Assembly (NCBI RefSeq): GCF_006345805.1
Contig: NC_043010.1
Location: 47,368,001 to 47,432,000 of the forward strand
Direction of reading: 5' to 3'
DNA: 64,000 nucleotides
Source: Octopus sinensis
Taxonomy: Eukaryota
The notes under the pieces were generated by a model, which had not been told where the DNA came from, did not search any database, and saw only the letters and a list, made by a program, of their open reading frames with translations. The translations under genes and the position numbers were made by a program. This document shows, piece after piece, positions 39,681-52,419 of the stretch (the stretch's first letter is position 1; each line of letters opens with the position of its first letter).

Positions 39681-40516
39681 TTTTCAGCCAACCCTAAAAA
39701 ATATCAAAGATGAATTTTATATGGTAGACTACCTAAGAAGTTCTTACAATAGGTGCTTCTCCATGGGTGCTGGGATTGGATAAAGGATCTCAGTAGTGAA
39801 AAAATTGCATTTATTGTTATAGCTTTTGAAATATATTGTGTTATGGTCTCATATTATGTTTATGGATAGTGTGATTTATACACTTGCTTCCCAATTGCAT
39901 GGTTTTTGTATTCTGTCCCGATGCTCAATACCTTTGGAAAATGTCCTGGGCTGACCAAAACCTTGTTAATAGACTTGGTAAATGGAAACTGAAAGAAGCC
40001 TATTGTGAGTGGGAGTGAGTGTGTATGTGAGAGAGAGTATGTGTGTGTATGTGAGAGAGAGAGTGTGTGTGTCTGTGTGTGTGTGTGCCCTTGCCTAGAC
40101 ATTGCATGATGGTTATAAACGAGCATCACCATTATACGAGTGAAGTAGTTTATTTCAAGTCTTCTGTGAGAAACATGTTTAGCCACAGAGAAATTTTTAC
40201 CTTGTTTGGAAACAGGTAAAGCTTGGCAACAGAGAGAAGCATCCAACCATAGAAAATCTGTTGAATTCCATCTGACCCATGTAAGCATGGGAAAGTGGTC
40301 ATTAAAATGATGACGACGGTAATGACAATGACAAGAACAACGATGACAACATTGTCAATGATAATGAGGTGTAGAATCAGGGTAGTGGACTGAAAAATTT
40401 TGGTAATCACTGGTCTGCTGTGTATGTAATGGTAAAGACCATAGAATAGTAGTAAATTCTAACTTCATGACAAACTTGTATTTCAAGTTCTTCAGGAGGC
40501 ACTGGGAAATTAAATT

Positions 40517-41075
40517 TCATCTGCTTTTGTATTGAGATGCATCTTGGATATAAAGTGGAATGACCAAGTCACCAACACTGAAGTTCTCAACCATGCCAAG
40601 ACACCCAGCACATTCATCCTGCTCCAGCAGCGCTGTGTGCACTGGCTTGGTTATGTATATCGTATACTGGACAAGAAGATCCCCAAAGACTTCCTGCGTG
40701 GGAAATTGGCCACCAGCACAAGAGCATGAGGATGACCTCATCTTCATTTCAAAGATGTCTGCAAGAAAGATATGGTCAATAGATCTGGATGTCCTGAGGA
40801 GGAAGTCACAAAATGGTTGTGCATGCTGGAGACAAATACTGCACAAGGGGATGGAGTGAGGGGATAAGAAACTGGAATTTGCCACCAAAGAAAATTGTGC
40901 TCAAAGAAAGGAAAAGTCAGCAGCATCGTTACAGAGTTTCTTCAAATGCAGTTGTTGCATGTGAGACTTCCACACCTCTGTGGGCCTGTAAAGCGACAGC
41001 TGATGCTGCACCACCATCAGCAGCTGATACAAATTCCCCAGGTACAGATCCATGGTCTGTCAAGACCAACGGATG
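40517..41075 (+). mobile_element. RTE (BovB-like) LINE 3' fragment
   Basis: RCILDIKWNDQVTNTEVL…QRCVHWLGYVYRILDKKIPKDFLRGKLATSTR…FKDVCKKDM. Confidence 0.85.
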
Positions 41076-42670
41076 CCTATCTATCCCTGAATACCACTAC
41101 AGTAGATTTAAAGAGGAGTGATGTCCAATTCTACTTCACATCAAACGGGGGTGCTGGACTAATAAAAAGCTAAGGAACACTTTATTTGATAATGCCTTGA
41201 CAAAAATCCCTTGAGTGTTCATAGTAGATGATGAGAATAGGTGATTTTGATAGAAAATTTCTTTTACTTGTTTCAGTCATTGGACTGTGGCCAAGCTAGA
41301 GCACTGCTCAAAGGCTTTAGTTGAACCAATCAACCTCAGTACTTATTTTTAAGTCTGGTGCTTATTCTGTTAGTCTCTTTTGCCAAATTGCTAAGTTACA
41401 GGGATGTAAACAAACCAACACCAGTTGTCAAATGGTGATGGGGGACAAATACAAAAATATACACATTTAGATATATACACGCACATATATACATATATGA
41501 CAGGCTTCTTTGAGTTTCCTTCTACCAAATCCACTCAGAAGGCTTTGGTCAACCCTAGTTTGTAATAGTAGAAGACACTTGCCCAAGGTGCCACCCAATG
41601 GGACTGAACACAAAACCAAATGGTTTGGAAACAAGCTTTTTAACCACACAGCTACATTGATAAACATATAGATAAATGTTAGAAACTATAAAGATACATG
41701 TTATTACTGAGTTTTTTTTTTATTAGCAACATCATAAGATTTGAATAGTTTAAGGTGAACAGAGGGTGTATCAGTTGATACTTTTCTCCTCTGTTTTGGT
41801 TTCTATTTTCTCTTAAATCTTCGTCTGTAATTATTGCGATATCTGCGATTGACAGTTTTCATTGTCAACTATGTATGATTCAACTAGGTCAGCCTTTCAT
41901 CAGACGAAAATAGTTCATAAACATACATGGAAATAAATAGAAGAGACTAATGGGAACATGACAGAAGACAATGACATGAGAGTATGGAGAAAGAGGAGAT
42001 ATGTGGATAGAAGGGAAGGTAAAGAGGAGAGAAAATTGTTGGGAGATTGGATAGAAAAAGAGATAGGAAAGTAGAGTGGAATAATTGAAAGAGAAAGAGA
42101 GACTGAAAGGGAGAAAGTGAAGATCAAGAAAGGGAGACAAGAATAAAGAGTGAAAATAGGAAGGGTGGGGAAGAAGGCAAAAATAGAAAAAAGGAATAGA
42201 GTGATTGAAAGAGGAACTATGATTAGGGAGAGAGAGAGAGAGTGGGAAGGGAGAATTGCTAATTTGTGACAATTAATGAAACAAACACGCACACATATAT
42301 ATAGATGCATATATATGTGAGGACGCATAGCCTAGTAGTTAGGATGTTGCACTCCCGATTGTAAGATCGTGGTTTCAATTCCTAAATTGGGTGGTGTGTT
42401 GTGTTCTTGGTCAAAACACTTCATCATCTCATGTTGCTCTGTGATCACTTCAACACCTGGTGTGCGGTACACCGTTCACCTGTTCAGGCAACATCAATTA
42501 GATGGAGATTGTGAGCTAACGTACGGCACATTCATTCAATCATTATAAACAAATTACTTGTGCAGGTCATTCAGCAAGCTGAACAATCATATGTCATCTT
42601 TGACGGGAGAGTCCATCATGTGTGTGTGTATGTATAAAATTTCATTCAGTCAATAGTATACAGATCAAAA

Positions 42671-42765
42671 CATACTCTGTTCCAATGTTCTTTTGTATGG
42701 TAATCATATTCTATTCCAATGTTCTTTTGTATGGTAATCATACTCTATTCCAATGTTCTTTTGTA
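42671..42765. repeat. 34-bp minisatellite, ~2.8 copies
   Basis: Unit cata(c/t)tct(g/a)ttccaatgttcttttgtatggtaat. Confidence 0.85.
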
Positions 42766-43261
42766 TTAGGTAAACACATTTTACTTTATTACTTAATATA
42801 CATTGTTGGAAAATATTACAGGTTTATATTTACAGCAACATGAAATACCATTATGACATACATTAATACAATATTGTTCTTTAAAATTCCTTATGATATA
42901 TATTTACAGGAATTCCAAGGATCAATTAATGACATTTTCATGGACCCTAGTGTGTCACTAGAATTGTTCACACAAGTGCCATTACTAATAGAAGTGCCAT
43001 TTTATTTTCTTTGAGGGTGTAAAATATTCTTGTTCGCTTCCATTTTTTTCTGATTTTTTTTTTTTAGTGTGGCTGTGTTCATTTTCACAATATCTAAGTG
43101 GAATGTTGTCTATAAGTCTAGTAAGCTGGAGATAGACTTCACACACACACACACACACAAGACATTTCCCATGGTACTGATCAGTGAGGTCAAACTTGGG
43201 GCTGTGGTTTTGAAGTCATCTTCTTAACTGTGAAACTCTGCCTCAGCATATACCCTTTAGA

Positions 43262-43501
43262 CAAGTGATTTTCAACTATTTTTTGCTTATTGACCCCTTT
43301 GATTCCCATTTTATTCTACTGGACTTCATAATCATTCACTATATATATATATATATGCATAAATCTTACTGTGTTTTTATAATTAAATATTATTAGGAAT
43401 TGTATAAAAAACATTAAAATCAATTTATTGCGCATAAGTTTTAACAACAAAATCTTATATGGATCCCCTAGGGCCATATGAACCCTAGTTGAGAACTACT
43501 G
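43262..43501. mobile_element. hAT-type MITE with 8-bp TSD (relatives at ~46730-46934 and ~58117-58436)
   Basis: Termini (c/a)agtg(g/a)tt(c/t)tcaac…gttg(a/g)gaac(c/t)actg. TSDs ctttagac/ctttagac here, atttagac/atttagac at 58.1-58.4 kb and at(c/a)tagag at 46.7-46.9 kb. Confidence 0.75.
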
Positions 43502-43569
43502 CTTTAGACCATAAATTTGTAAGAGAGGGCTATATTTAATTGAATCAACACCCATTCTACATCAATAAT

Positions 43570-43870
43570 CACCATCGTCGTTTAATGTCTGCTTTCCATG
43601 CTGGCATGGTTTGGACAGTCTGACTGAAAACTGGTAAGCTGGAGGGGCTGTACCAGGCTCCAGTCTGATTTGGCAACGTTTCTATGGCTGGATGCCCTTC
43701 CTAATGCCAGCCAGTCTGAGAGTGTAGTGGGTGATATTTTCGTGTCATAGGTACAGGTGCCATTGACCTGACACCAGCATTGGCCATGACTATGGTCTCA
43801 CTTGGCTTGACAGGTCAACACAAACACGGTATATTGCCAAGGGTCTAGGTCACTTGTCACTGCATCCATT
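43570..43870 (-). mobile_element. Abundant short repeat with (GAT)n tail, probably an RTE-dependent SINE (others near 32505, 38295, 45200-45470, 47525, 49990, 53453)
   Basis: Recurrent block catc…gtttaa.gtc.g.tttccatgctggcatgggttgga…ggctggatgcccttcctaatgccaaccac. Confidence 0.7.
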
Positions 43871-44076
43871 GATTTAGAAAGGGTGAAAGATGTTAAGTTA
43901 CCTTGGTGGGATTTGAACTCAAAATATAGAAGGACATAGGAAAATACTTCAAATCAATAACTGAAACAATCAGTACCACAACTAATGCTACCACACTCAC
44001 CACCACCACCACCACTGCTGCTATTACTAACAACATCAGCAACTTGCTGGAAGTTAAGACATAAATAGTTTCTTAC

Positions 44077-44163
44077 TTTGTCTTTCTTGGTTTTCATTTC
44101 TTCCATTAAATCCTTGTGTTGAGTTTTCAATAGTTCTAATTCTTTCAGTACTGTTTGATGAAT
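44077..44163 (-). CDS. CCDC186: CCDC186-like coding exon
   Basis: ttgtag|...AAA|gtaag. 87 nt, IHQTVLKELELLKTQHKDLMEEMKTKKDK; phase 0-0. Confidence 0.88.
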
Positions 44164-45660
44164 CTACAACAAACACAAACATAGTAAAATCAACTTCGAC
44201 AATACTTTGACAATAACCATGAACACAGCTGATGCAAACACTTTTCTGTACAGCTGTGACATAGACCAATGTATACAGGAGATATGCTAATCTGTTACTG
44301 TTGCTTTTTTTTGGAAACAATTCATAAGGAATTAAAGAGTTGCATGCAATATCCAAACTTGTCCTGTAGTGTTTTAGATTTGTATTGTATTATTGTTTAA
44401 TCCCCAGGCCAACACTGATTAAGCAGGCTTATGATTAAAGGCCCTCCAACCAAGACCTCCTTGTATTTTTTTTTACACAGATCATAGGGTAGTGAGGATT
44501 TTGTAGCTTATATGGTATAAGGCAACTTCACTAGTGTCAGTGTCACAACAAAATTTACCCAGTACTCTCTGTAAAGTGGCTGGCAAATGAGCTGAAACAA
44601 GGTGGGGTCAAAAGGACTCTTCAGTCTTGTTGAGTACATTAACCTCTCTAATTCTGGAGCCATTAAGAAATACACCCAGCACATTTTGTAAAGTGGTTGG
44701 TGATAGGAAGTGCATCCAGCCATAGTAACCAAGCCACCATGAAATGTACAAGCAAGACACCGTCCTCCAGTTTATCTAAGAGAGTAGTGACTTCAAATAA
44801 GGACTCAAACCAAGCCAGCAAGGAATGTGGATGTAAAATGATGACGATTTAGGGTTACATATTTTAAAGCATCCTTCCTTTTTAAGACAGTTTGATAGGT
44901 CAGGTGACAGTGTAGAGCTTCCCTCATTGGCTTGTACTCTGTAGTTTTGAAAGCATGTGGGTGTCAACTGGACAGCAAGTAAGATTAGTTCTGTATTGAT
45001 CATGGCTCTTATGAGCTCTGTATACAATATTTTCTCTATCATCTGTATTTGCTAATTTGAGGGGATAGAGTGGCTCACATTCTGTACATCTCAGCAAATA
45101 TCATGTTTTAAACCTTAGCATTGTATTTTGTTATAGACCACTCTACATGATTCTCTTTTCTTACAATGCCATGTAAAAGTGCCCATGCTGGTGCTATGTA
45201 AAAATGCTCAAGCCAGTGCTCTGAAAAAGCACCTGTTCCGATGCTATGCAAAAGCACTTGTGCCAGTGTCATATAAAAGTGTACACACTAATGTAGTTGG
45301 TGTTAGGAAGAGCATCCAACCATAAAAACCAAGCCAAAACAGACAAATGGAGCCTGGGCAGCCCTCAAATCAGCCAGCTCCTGTCAAACCATACAACCCA
45401 TGTTAGCATGGAGAATGGACATTAATGATGATGATGAAGATGATGATAAAGATGATGATGATGATGATGAAGATGATGTGAAATAACTATTATAACAGTT
45501 TATTCTTTCCATAAATATTCACAGTTGCAGAATTAACCAAATTGAAAGGTTTATGGAAAAATGTTGAAAAAGACAATTCACAAAATATATAGAATTTACT
45601 ATAACACACTGAATCTTTCATTATGTGATTAAAAAAATAATACAAGGGAATTGTTCTTAC

Positions 45661-45759
45661 TTGTTGATGATCACTTCTTTCTTGCTCATGGCATTTTAGT
45701 TCAACTTGTTTAGCTTTTAACTGATTATCCAAAGAATTTGACTTGATCTCTTCAGATTC
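45661..45759 (-). CDS. CCDC186: CCDC186-like coding exon
   Basis: cgtag|...CAA|gtaag. 99 nt, ESEEIKSNSLDNQLKAKQVELKCHEQERSDHQQ (ESEEIKSN motif). Confidence 0.93.
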
Positions 45760-47323
45760 CTACGATGAGAAAATAATATAAAAAGGTAAAAATAGGTTAC
45801 GTATTTCAAGAGAAATCACCGACATAAATAGATTTCTGAAATAATAAATTTTTCACCATGAATCTGAAAAGAATGGATGAATAATTTTACACCGAGTAAT
45901 TTTATCCTATACAATATTACTTTTTAGGGTTATTTGTTTGTTTCACCTGGTTTTTAATGTACAAAGGATACTTTCAAGTTTAAAAGATGAGTGATTAGAT
46001 ATGTGGCTGATAGTGGTAATAGGGTGCTTCTTATATAAAACTAAAATTTAAGTATTCAAGAAATGAGAGTTCCAAGGTAAACTGAAGTCATGAAGAAATA
46101 CAGTGAACATCATTTAATGAATAGTCTGGAGTGGAGACAGAGTGTGGATGATGAAAGGAATAAAAGATAAAATAATATATAGCAAGTAGGCTGAAATATT
46201 TTCAGTGAAAAAATGAAATCAATAACTGTTATAATTTCGAAATTTTAAAATTTGATTTTATTTCAAATTTCATACTGACAATAAGAAAGTGCTTAACCAA
46301 TAAGAAAATGTTTAGCATTCAGATTATACTACCAAATGTAATCCTTATTTATCCACATTGTTTTGAATTTATCATGCATTATCTTGTAGCTTCGATAAAT
46401 AATGACATTACTGAAATCTCAAAGCTATGAGACAATGCATGATTAATTCAAATCAATGTGAATATATATATGTATTACATTTGACAAAATAACCTGAATG
46501 CTAAAGGGGTAAATATCTACATAAAAAAAAAAAATAGAATTGGCATTTTCCGCAAGTCCTGTTGCCTCAATAAACTTGATATATCACAAAAAAAAATAGC
46601 TTTAAATATGACATTGTGCAACAGAAGATAGATTGGTATATAAAACAGCTTTCTGCAGTTAAGACTAATAAAATTTTGAGCGAATATATCTATCTTCCAC
46701 AGCAGAAGGGGTAATGGTATATATCTAGAGCAGTGATTCTCAACCATTTTTTTTACCTATGGGTCTCTTTGATTCTTATTTTACTCAGATGGACTTTCCT
46801 AACAATTTGAGGTTTAAAAGATCCTATTATATGTTTATAATTAAATATTATTACGAAGTGTACAAAAAAAATTGTTAAAACAAACCCTTATATGAACCCC
46901 CAATAGCCATGTGGATCCCAGTTGGGAACCACTGATATAGAGTCATTTGGCAGCAATTGAAATATTTGTTTAAAATGAAATGGCAAATTTTCAGAAAGTG
47001 ATTTGAACTTTACCCAACAAGTCTCCAATTCTAAACTGGGATCATCATTCTGACATTGATAATTTCAGACACAGGCATAAGGCCCAGGATTTGAGAGGAG
47101 GAGTAAGTCAATTAAATGAATCCCAATACTTGACTGGTACTTTATTTTATCAGTCTCAGGAGGAGGAAAGGCAAAGTTGTCTTTGGTGTGATTTGAAATC
47201 AGAGTATAGCGAGTCAAAATGCCATAAAGCATTCTGTTCAAGGCTCTAACAACTCCTCTGTCAATCCACCTCTTTGAGCTCGACAATGAAAATAATAATT
47301 AAAGAGACATTGAATGTACAAAC

Positions 47324-47428
47324 CTGGTATGTCCGGATAATGGCTTGGCAATCTCGACGAATTTGCTCACATTCTTCTTTTGATTCTTTTAATTTAGTAT
47401 TTAGAATTTGCAAAGAAGCTTTGGTCTC
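47324..47428 (-). CDS. CCDC186: CCDC186-like coding exon
   Basis: tttccag|...CAG|gttt. 105 nt, ETKASLQILNTKLKESKEECEQIRRDCQAIIRTYQ (QIR..CQ..I.TYQ motif). Confidence 0.93.
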
Positions 47429-48767
47429 CTGGAAAAAATAAGAACAATTTTATTACTTTTCCTGTAACTGACAGTATGCTAAAAGAAAAGAAAGAAAAAC
47501 AGATAGACAGACTAAGTCAGTGTGTCATCATCTTCATCGTTTAATGTACATTTTCCATGCTGGCATGTGCTGGACAGTTTGACAAGAGCTGCCCAGTCTC
47601 TAATTGTCTATTTTGGCATGGTTTCTACAGCTGGATGCACTTCCTAACACCAACCACTTTACAGAATCTGGTGGTACTTAAGGCGGTGAGCTGGCAGAAA
47701 TGTTAGCACGCTGGGCGAAACACTTAGCAGTATTTCGTCTGTCTTTATGTTCAGAGTTCAAATTCCGCTGAGGTCGACTTTGCCTTTCATCCTTTCGGGG
47801 GTCGATAAATCAAGTACCAGTAACAAACTGGGGTCAATGTAATCGACTCAATCCCTTTGTCTGTCCTTGTTTGCCCCCCTCTATGTTTAGCCCCTTGTGG
47901 GCAATAAAGAAATAAGAATCTGGTGGTACTTTTTATGCACTACCAGCATGGTGCTTTTATGTAGCACCAGCACAGGTGCACTTTCCAGGACACCAGCACA
48001 AGTGTTTTATGTGGCACTGGCTCATGTGTAACGTATATTTTATAGGAAGACAGTATAATACTGGTAACAAGATTCATGGTATTGGTTCTTAACCCATTTC
48101 AGATCATCCAAGTACCATGATATAAATTTCTTGTTTTAAAGTTATTTAAATTAAAGCCTGCCATCAAAATTTATGTTAATTTATGCTATAGACACCAGTT
48201 TATTAATGACAGTTATTTTACTAAATACTATGTTATTTTCAAAACTAATTGAAACAAAGGTTGTGTATTTCAACAGAAATTTGGTAACAAAAGGGTTAAT
48301 CAACAGTATTTTTCAGAACACTTTACAACTGTGGTGCTCCAGTATGGCCAAAGCCTTTGGACTGAAATGCATGAAAGAATAAAAGAATATGAAGCTTGAG
48401 AAATATTGGCACCATGTTTTTCTCAAACATATTTAGGGACATAGATGTAGCTGGCCCAAGTGAAAAAATTTTTTCAAGTAAATAAGAAATTGAAATTTAT
48501 GGCAAACTCTGTCTTAATTTTCTTTATACAATAACATACTGGTTTCCAATTTTGGCACAATGCCAACAATTTCAGGGGTGAGGTAAGTCGATTACATTGA
48601 CCTCAGTACTCAACTGGTAATTATTTTATCTGCCCCACCCCAAAAGAAAAGGAAAGGCAAAGTCGACCATGGCATAATTTGAACTCAGAACATAGCGATG
48701 GCAAAATGCTGTGAAGCATTTTGCCCATTATGCTAACAATTCTGCCAGCTCACTGCCTTTCTTAATT

Positions 48768-49130
48768 CAAGAGCACTCAGAGCACAAACCTCTCCAAGGT
48801 AACACCGTCTTCTCAGTGATTAGCCGGAGATGATTTTTAAAATGAGAATATCTGAAATAAACTTGACTGCTTTCACAAACAAGAACACTAAAGATGAACC
48901 TAACCGCTCCCAAAAATTAAATAAAAATCTTTTTTTAATAATCCAGAATCCTTGTCCGGTATTGGATCAATCCCAAAATATAATCAGTTCATGCTAGTCA
49001 CGGGGCCAAACATCCCTGAAAGTTTCATCTGAATCCATTCAGCAGTTCTTGAGATATCTTGTCCATGGACAAACAAATAAACAAACATGACTGCAAACAA
49101 TACCTCCACCTTTGCTAAGGTGGAAGTAAT
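48768..49130. mobile_element. Non-autonomous element with subterminal inverted repeats and terminal hairpin, Helentron/DINE-like (relatives at ~28295-28415 and ~28596-28985)
   Basis: 5' agagcactcag…acctc(c/t)(g/c)ccaag and 3' acctcc…ttggcgga(a/g)gtaa hairpin are shared among three copies; the internal motif aagtttcatc…atcc…ttgag.tat…gaca recurs. Classification is inference. Confidence 0.5.
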
Positions 49131-49799
49131 AATATATAATAAAACAGCAATGTCATTGGAAACATTTTTAACTAGGAATCCAAACAAGGAATTAAATAGT
49201 AATGGTTTTTACACAGACATCATACCTAAAACATTTAGGGGCAAGGATAGGTATGATGTTCAAACCTTTTACAGGGGTATCAGCATATAGGTGGCTCGAG
49301 GAATCAATTCTTTGAAAAGATAGAGTAAGAACCACATAGAGCCTTCTTCAGTGGCTCATAGTAGTAATAATAGAAGGGGACAAGAACTGATAGAAAGTTT
49401 AAAACTTCAAAGAAGTATGGTTATCTTTAGATTATATAGCAAACTGTGAAATAAACTGATCAAATTTAATGCTCCAGTGTGAATTTGCAGTTCTATTCAA
49501 TATACTAGAGATAAAATTAATCCTTTAGTATTTAAACTGACCATTGCTAACCCAAAATATCTTACCAGTTTTATGGTCAAACTGGCCAAATATGGCCTCT
49601 CACACCTACCCTACAATGCCATTCAAGAAATAAACAGTAACATCATCAAAATCCTGAAGCTATGAGATAATGCATAACTAATTCAAAACAATGTGAATAA
49701 ATAAGCATTACATTTGACAGAGTAATCTCAATGTTAAAAGTTTAAGAAAGAAGAAATAAAACTGTAAAAGAAAGAACTGAATGAAGAATTGTTCATTAC

Positions 49800-49919
49800 T
49801 TTGTGAGCATCTGTTTCAACACCAAGTTTATTCTGTGTCCACTTTAAACGACCCTCACAAGCTGATAAGGCTTCTTTTTGCTTTTCAACTTCACGCTGTA
49901 CAACAATGAAGTCTGCAGA
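49800..49919 (-). CDS. CCDC186: CCDC186-like coding exon
   Basis: tttcag|...AAA|gtaa. 120 nt, SADFIVVQREVEKQKEALSACEGRLKWTQNKLGVETDAHK (KW.QNKL motif). Confidence 0.92.
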
Positions 49920-50391
49920 CTGAAATACAGAAGAAAATAAGAGAGATTCTTAAATGAGTAATTCATTATCGCCATTGTTATCATCATAATCATCATCATC
50001 AAACATCTGCTCTCCATGCTGGCATGTGTTGGAATGTTTGGCAGGAGCAGGTAAGGCCAGGGTTCACACCAGACTCCATTGTCTGTTCTGGCATGGTTTC
50101 TATGGCTGGATTTCCTTCCTAATGCCAACCACTTTACAGGGTATACTGGGTGTTTTTTATGTGGCACCAGCATGAGTACTTTTCATGTGACACCAGTGCT
50201 TTTTATGTGACACAACACCAGTGCTTTTTATGAGGTACCAGCACCAGTGCTTCTATGTGGCACCTTGATTTTAAGATCTCAATTCTGTTCTCAAGTACAG
50301 CAACGTGTTACATTCTTCATAATGGTTACTCTATGCAGGCTATGGCAGGATTTGAACAAAGACTGCAAAGAACCAGAACAAATACTGCAGT

Positions 50392-50754
50392 ACATTATTT
50401 ACATTTGACAGATATTTATCCTCATCTTGTTTGTTGTTAGCACAGTGTTTCAGCTGATATACCCTCCAGCCTTCATCGGGTGTCTTGGGAAATTTTGAAC
50501 CTGGGTTCACATTCCTAAGGTATTTTTCGATGTTATTATTACTATTATTATTACTATTCAGGTCACTGCCTGGAATTGAACTCGGAATTTTGGGGTTAGT
50601 AGCCCGCACTCTTAACCACTACACCATATGCCTGAGAAGGTTGGAGGGTATATCAGCCAAAACCTTGTGTTAACAACAAACAAGATGAGGACAAAAAATA
50701 TCCATCAAATGTAAATAACATATATAATTCCTCATCTCTTAAATACAGAACTGT
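50392..50754 (-). mobile_element. tRNA-headed SINE with a hammerhead motif and an inverted partial tail; 12-bp TSD
   Basis: Minus unit 50632->50392: A box TGGTGTAGTGG, B box GAGTTCAATTCC, (AAT)n spacer, hammerhead at 50441-50483. A plus-strand tail copy at 50631-50754 starts at the hammerhead core. TSD aaatactgcagt at 50380-50391 and 50755-50766. Confidence 0.8.
50441..50483 (-). ncRNA. Minimal type-I hammerhead-like motif in the SINE (second, degenerate copy at 50631-50670 +)
   Basis: ACAC CCGAUGA A GGCUG-gaggguauau-CAGCU GAAAC ACU GUG. The other copy reads C CUGA-GA A GGUUG-gaggguauau-CAGCC AAAAC CUU GUGU. Inferred consensus: CUGAUGA…GGCUG/CAGCC GAAAC GUU GUGU. Confidence 0.6.
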
Positions 50755-50848
50755 AAATACTGCAGTGTTTTTGGGGTTTTTTTCCTGTTACACACACACA
50801 CACACACACACACATACTAAAAGTATTGGTTTGAAAAAATTTAAATAC

Positions 50849-51061
50849 CTTGCTTTCCAGACGACCAATATACTTTTGTCGTTCAGCCTTAAAATTATTT
50901 AATCTACTTTGCAGTATTTCTTTTTCTTTTGAACTTTCTCTCAATCGAGCATCTAATCGTTCAGATCCTTTCTGCATCTCTAAACCTTTACGTTCAGCTT
51001 GGGCATATTTTATTACCATCTCTTCTTTCTCTCGTTTGTTCTCTTCAGCTATCTTGGTTAG
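50849..51061 (-). CDS. CCDC186: CCDC186-like coding exon
   Basis: gtttag|...AAG|gtat. 213 nt, LTKIAEENKREKEEMVIKYAQAERKGLEMQKGSERLDARLRESSKEKE...RLESK; resembles the recalled CCDC186 segment MVMKYVRGEKESLDLRK. Confidence 0.9.
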
Positions 51062-51459
51062 CTAAACAACAAGGGAAAAAAAAAACAGGAAAACAATTTT
51101 TTGTTTAAATGTAAATTTTAAGTCATTGTCTATAAATATATAAACACTGATTTTTGATACAGGTACAAGGTTATAAATTTTAGGGGAAGGATGCAGTGGA
51201 TTATATTGAACTCCATAGTTCTTAAATGGTATTTGTTTAAACCATGATACTTAAATAGTACTTAAATCTCAAGGAAGACTCTATATAATTACTCAACTAG
51301 CTAAAAATAGCAGTTAGACTCCTCCAAATCACATTGCATTGTTATTACAAAGGAAAGGACAAAATTACATGATATAGTTCTAGATAACCTAAAAAAGTAC
51401 ATACACACACACACACACACACACATATATACACATGCATACGTATCCTTTGCCTATTC

Positions 51460-52110
51460 CTATCCTCATTACCAAAGATTGTGGACCATTGTGGCATGCA
51501 CCCTCTCTCTCCATTGATTCCTGCCTCCAGCCATATTAGCGCACTCAGCCAAAAGTCTTTCAGTTCATTCTTTGATATCTTCAACCCAGCATCTTCTCAG
51601 TCTCTCCATTCCTAGTTTCCTATTGACTCTTCCCTCTAAGATGTGGATGCTGAGGTTCTAGGCCCTTATGACATGCCCAAAATACTGCAGCTTCCTTTGC
51701 TGACAGTTGCTAAATATTCTATTTCTTTTCCCCATTTCTGACTCATTTCTTCAACGGTCAGTCCAGCTGATCTTCAGTACTCTTTGGTAGCATGTTGTTT
51801 CAAATGCTTTGTGTTCAGCAGTATTGTTTGCTGTTAGGGTCCAGCATCCATATTCATTCAATGCAACAAGCCAAATTAATGTCTTCAGGACTTTTAATTT
51901 GATGTTCTTGTTGAGAGCTCTGCCTTTCTAGATTATATTGAGTAATTTTAACGCTGATCTTTCAGACCTGAGCGATACTCTTCTTTCAAAGCCTGTATCT
52001 CCTGATTGTTCAATGACCAGCATCCAGATATTTGAACTTGGTGACCTGTTCTAAGGTAGCCCCTTAGTATCAGATGTCAAACTGGTCTGGTGTTCTTTCA
52101 ACTGCCACAT
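51460..52110 (-). mobile_element. Degenerate RTE LINE fragment
   Basis: Minus-strand fragments resembling VTKFKYL, YGCWTL, AFETTCYQRVLKISWTDR and LQYFGHVIR. Confidence 0.7.
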
Positions 52111-52419
52111 GTAAAAAAAGGTAAAGTTACCTACTCAAGTCATACTAATTCACAGGGAGCTGGTTTCCTGGTTTCATGACATATATATTCTCCATTTGGA
52201 CGGGACACTGGTCCATCATAAGATTACTCATTTTTACCAGCTGAGTGGACTTGAGCAACGTGAAATGAAGTGTTTTGCTCAAGAACACAATGTGTCACCT
52301 GGTCTAGGAATCGAAACCACAATCTTATGATCATGAGTCCAACACCTTAACCACTAAGCTACATGCTTTTGCTACTGCTACATGTCTCTCTCTATCTCTC
52401 TCTCTCCCTCTCATATATA

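Noticed and set aside
41815-41912. Minus-strand CTGATGA after a long CT-rich tract, with an inverted repeat ttcgtctg/cagacgaa
   Set aside because: No properly placed GAAA-NUH closes a stem II, so it cannot be folded as a hammerhead.
50560-50632. tRNA gene
   Set aside because: A and B boxes are present, but there is no complete cloverleaf or acceptor stem; it is a SINE head. The same applies to the other tRNA-like heads in the window.
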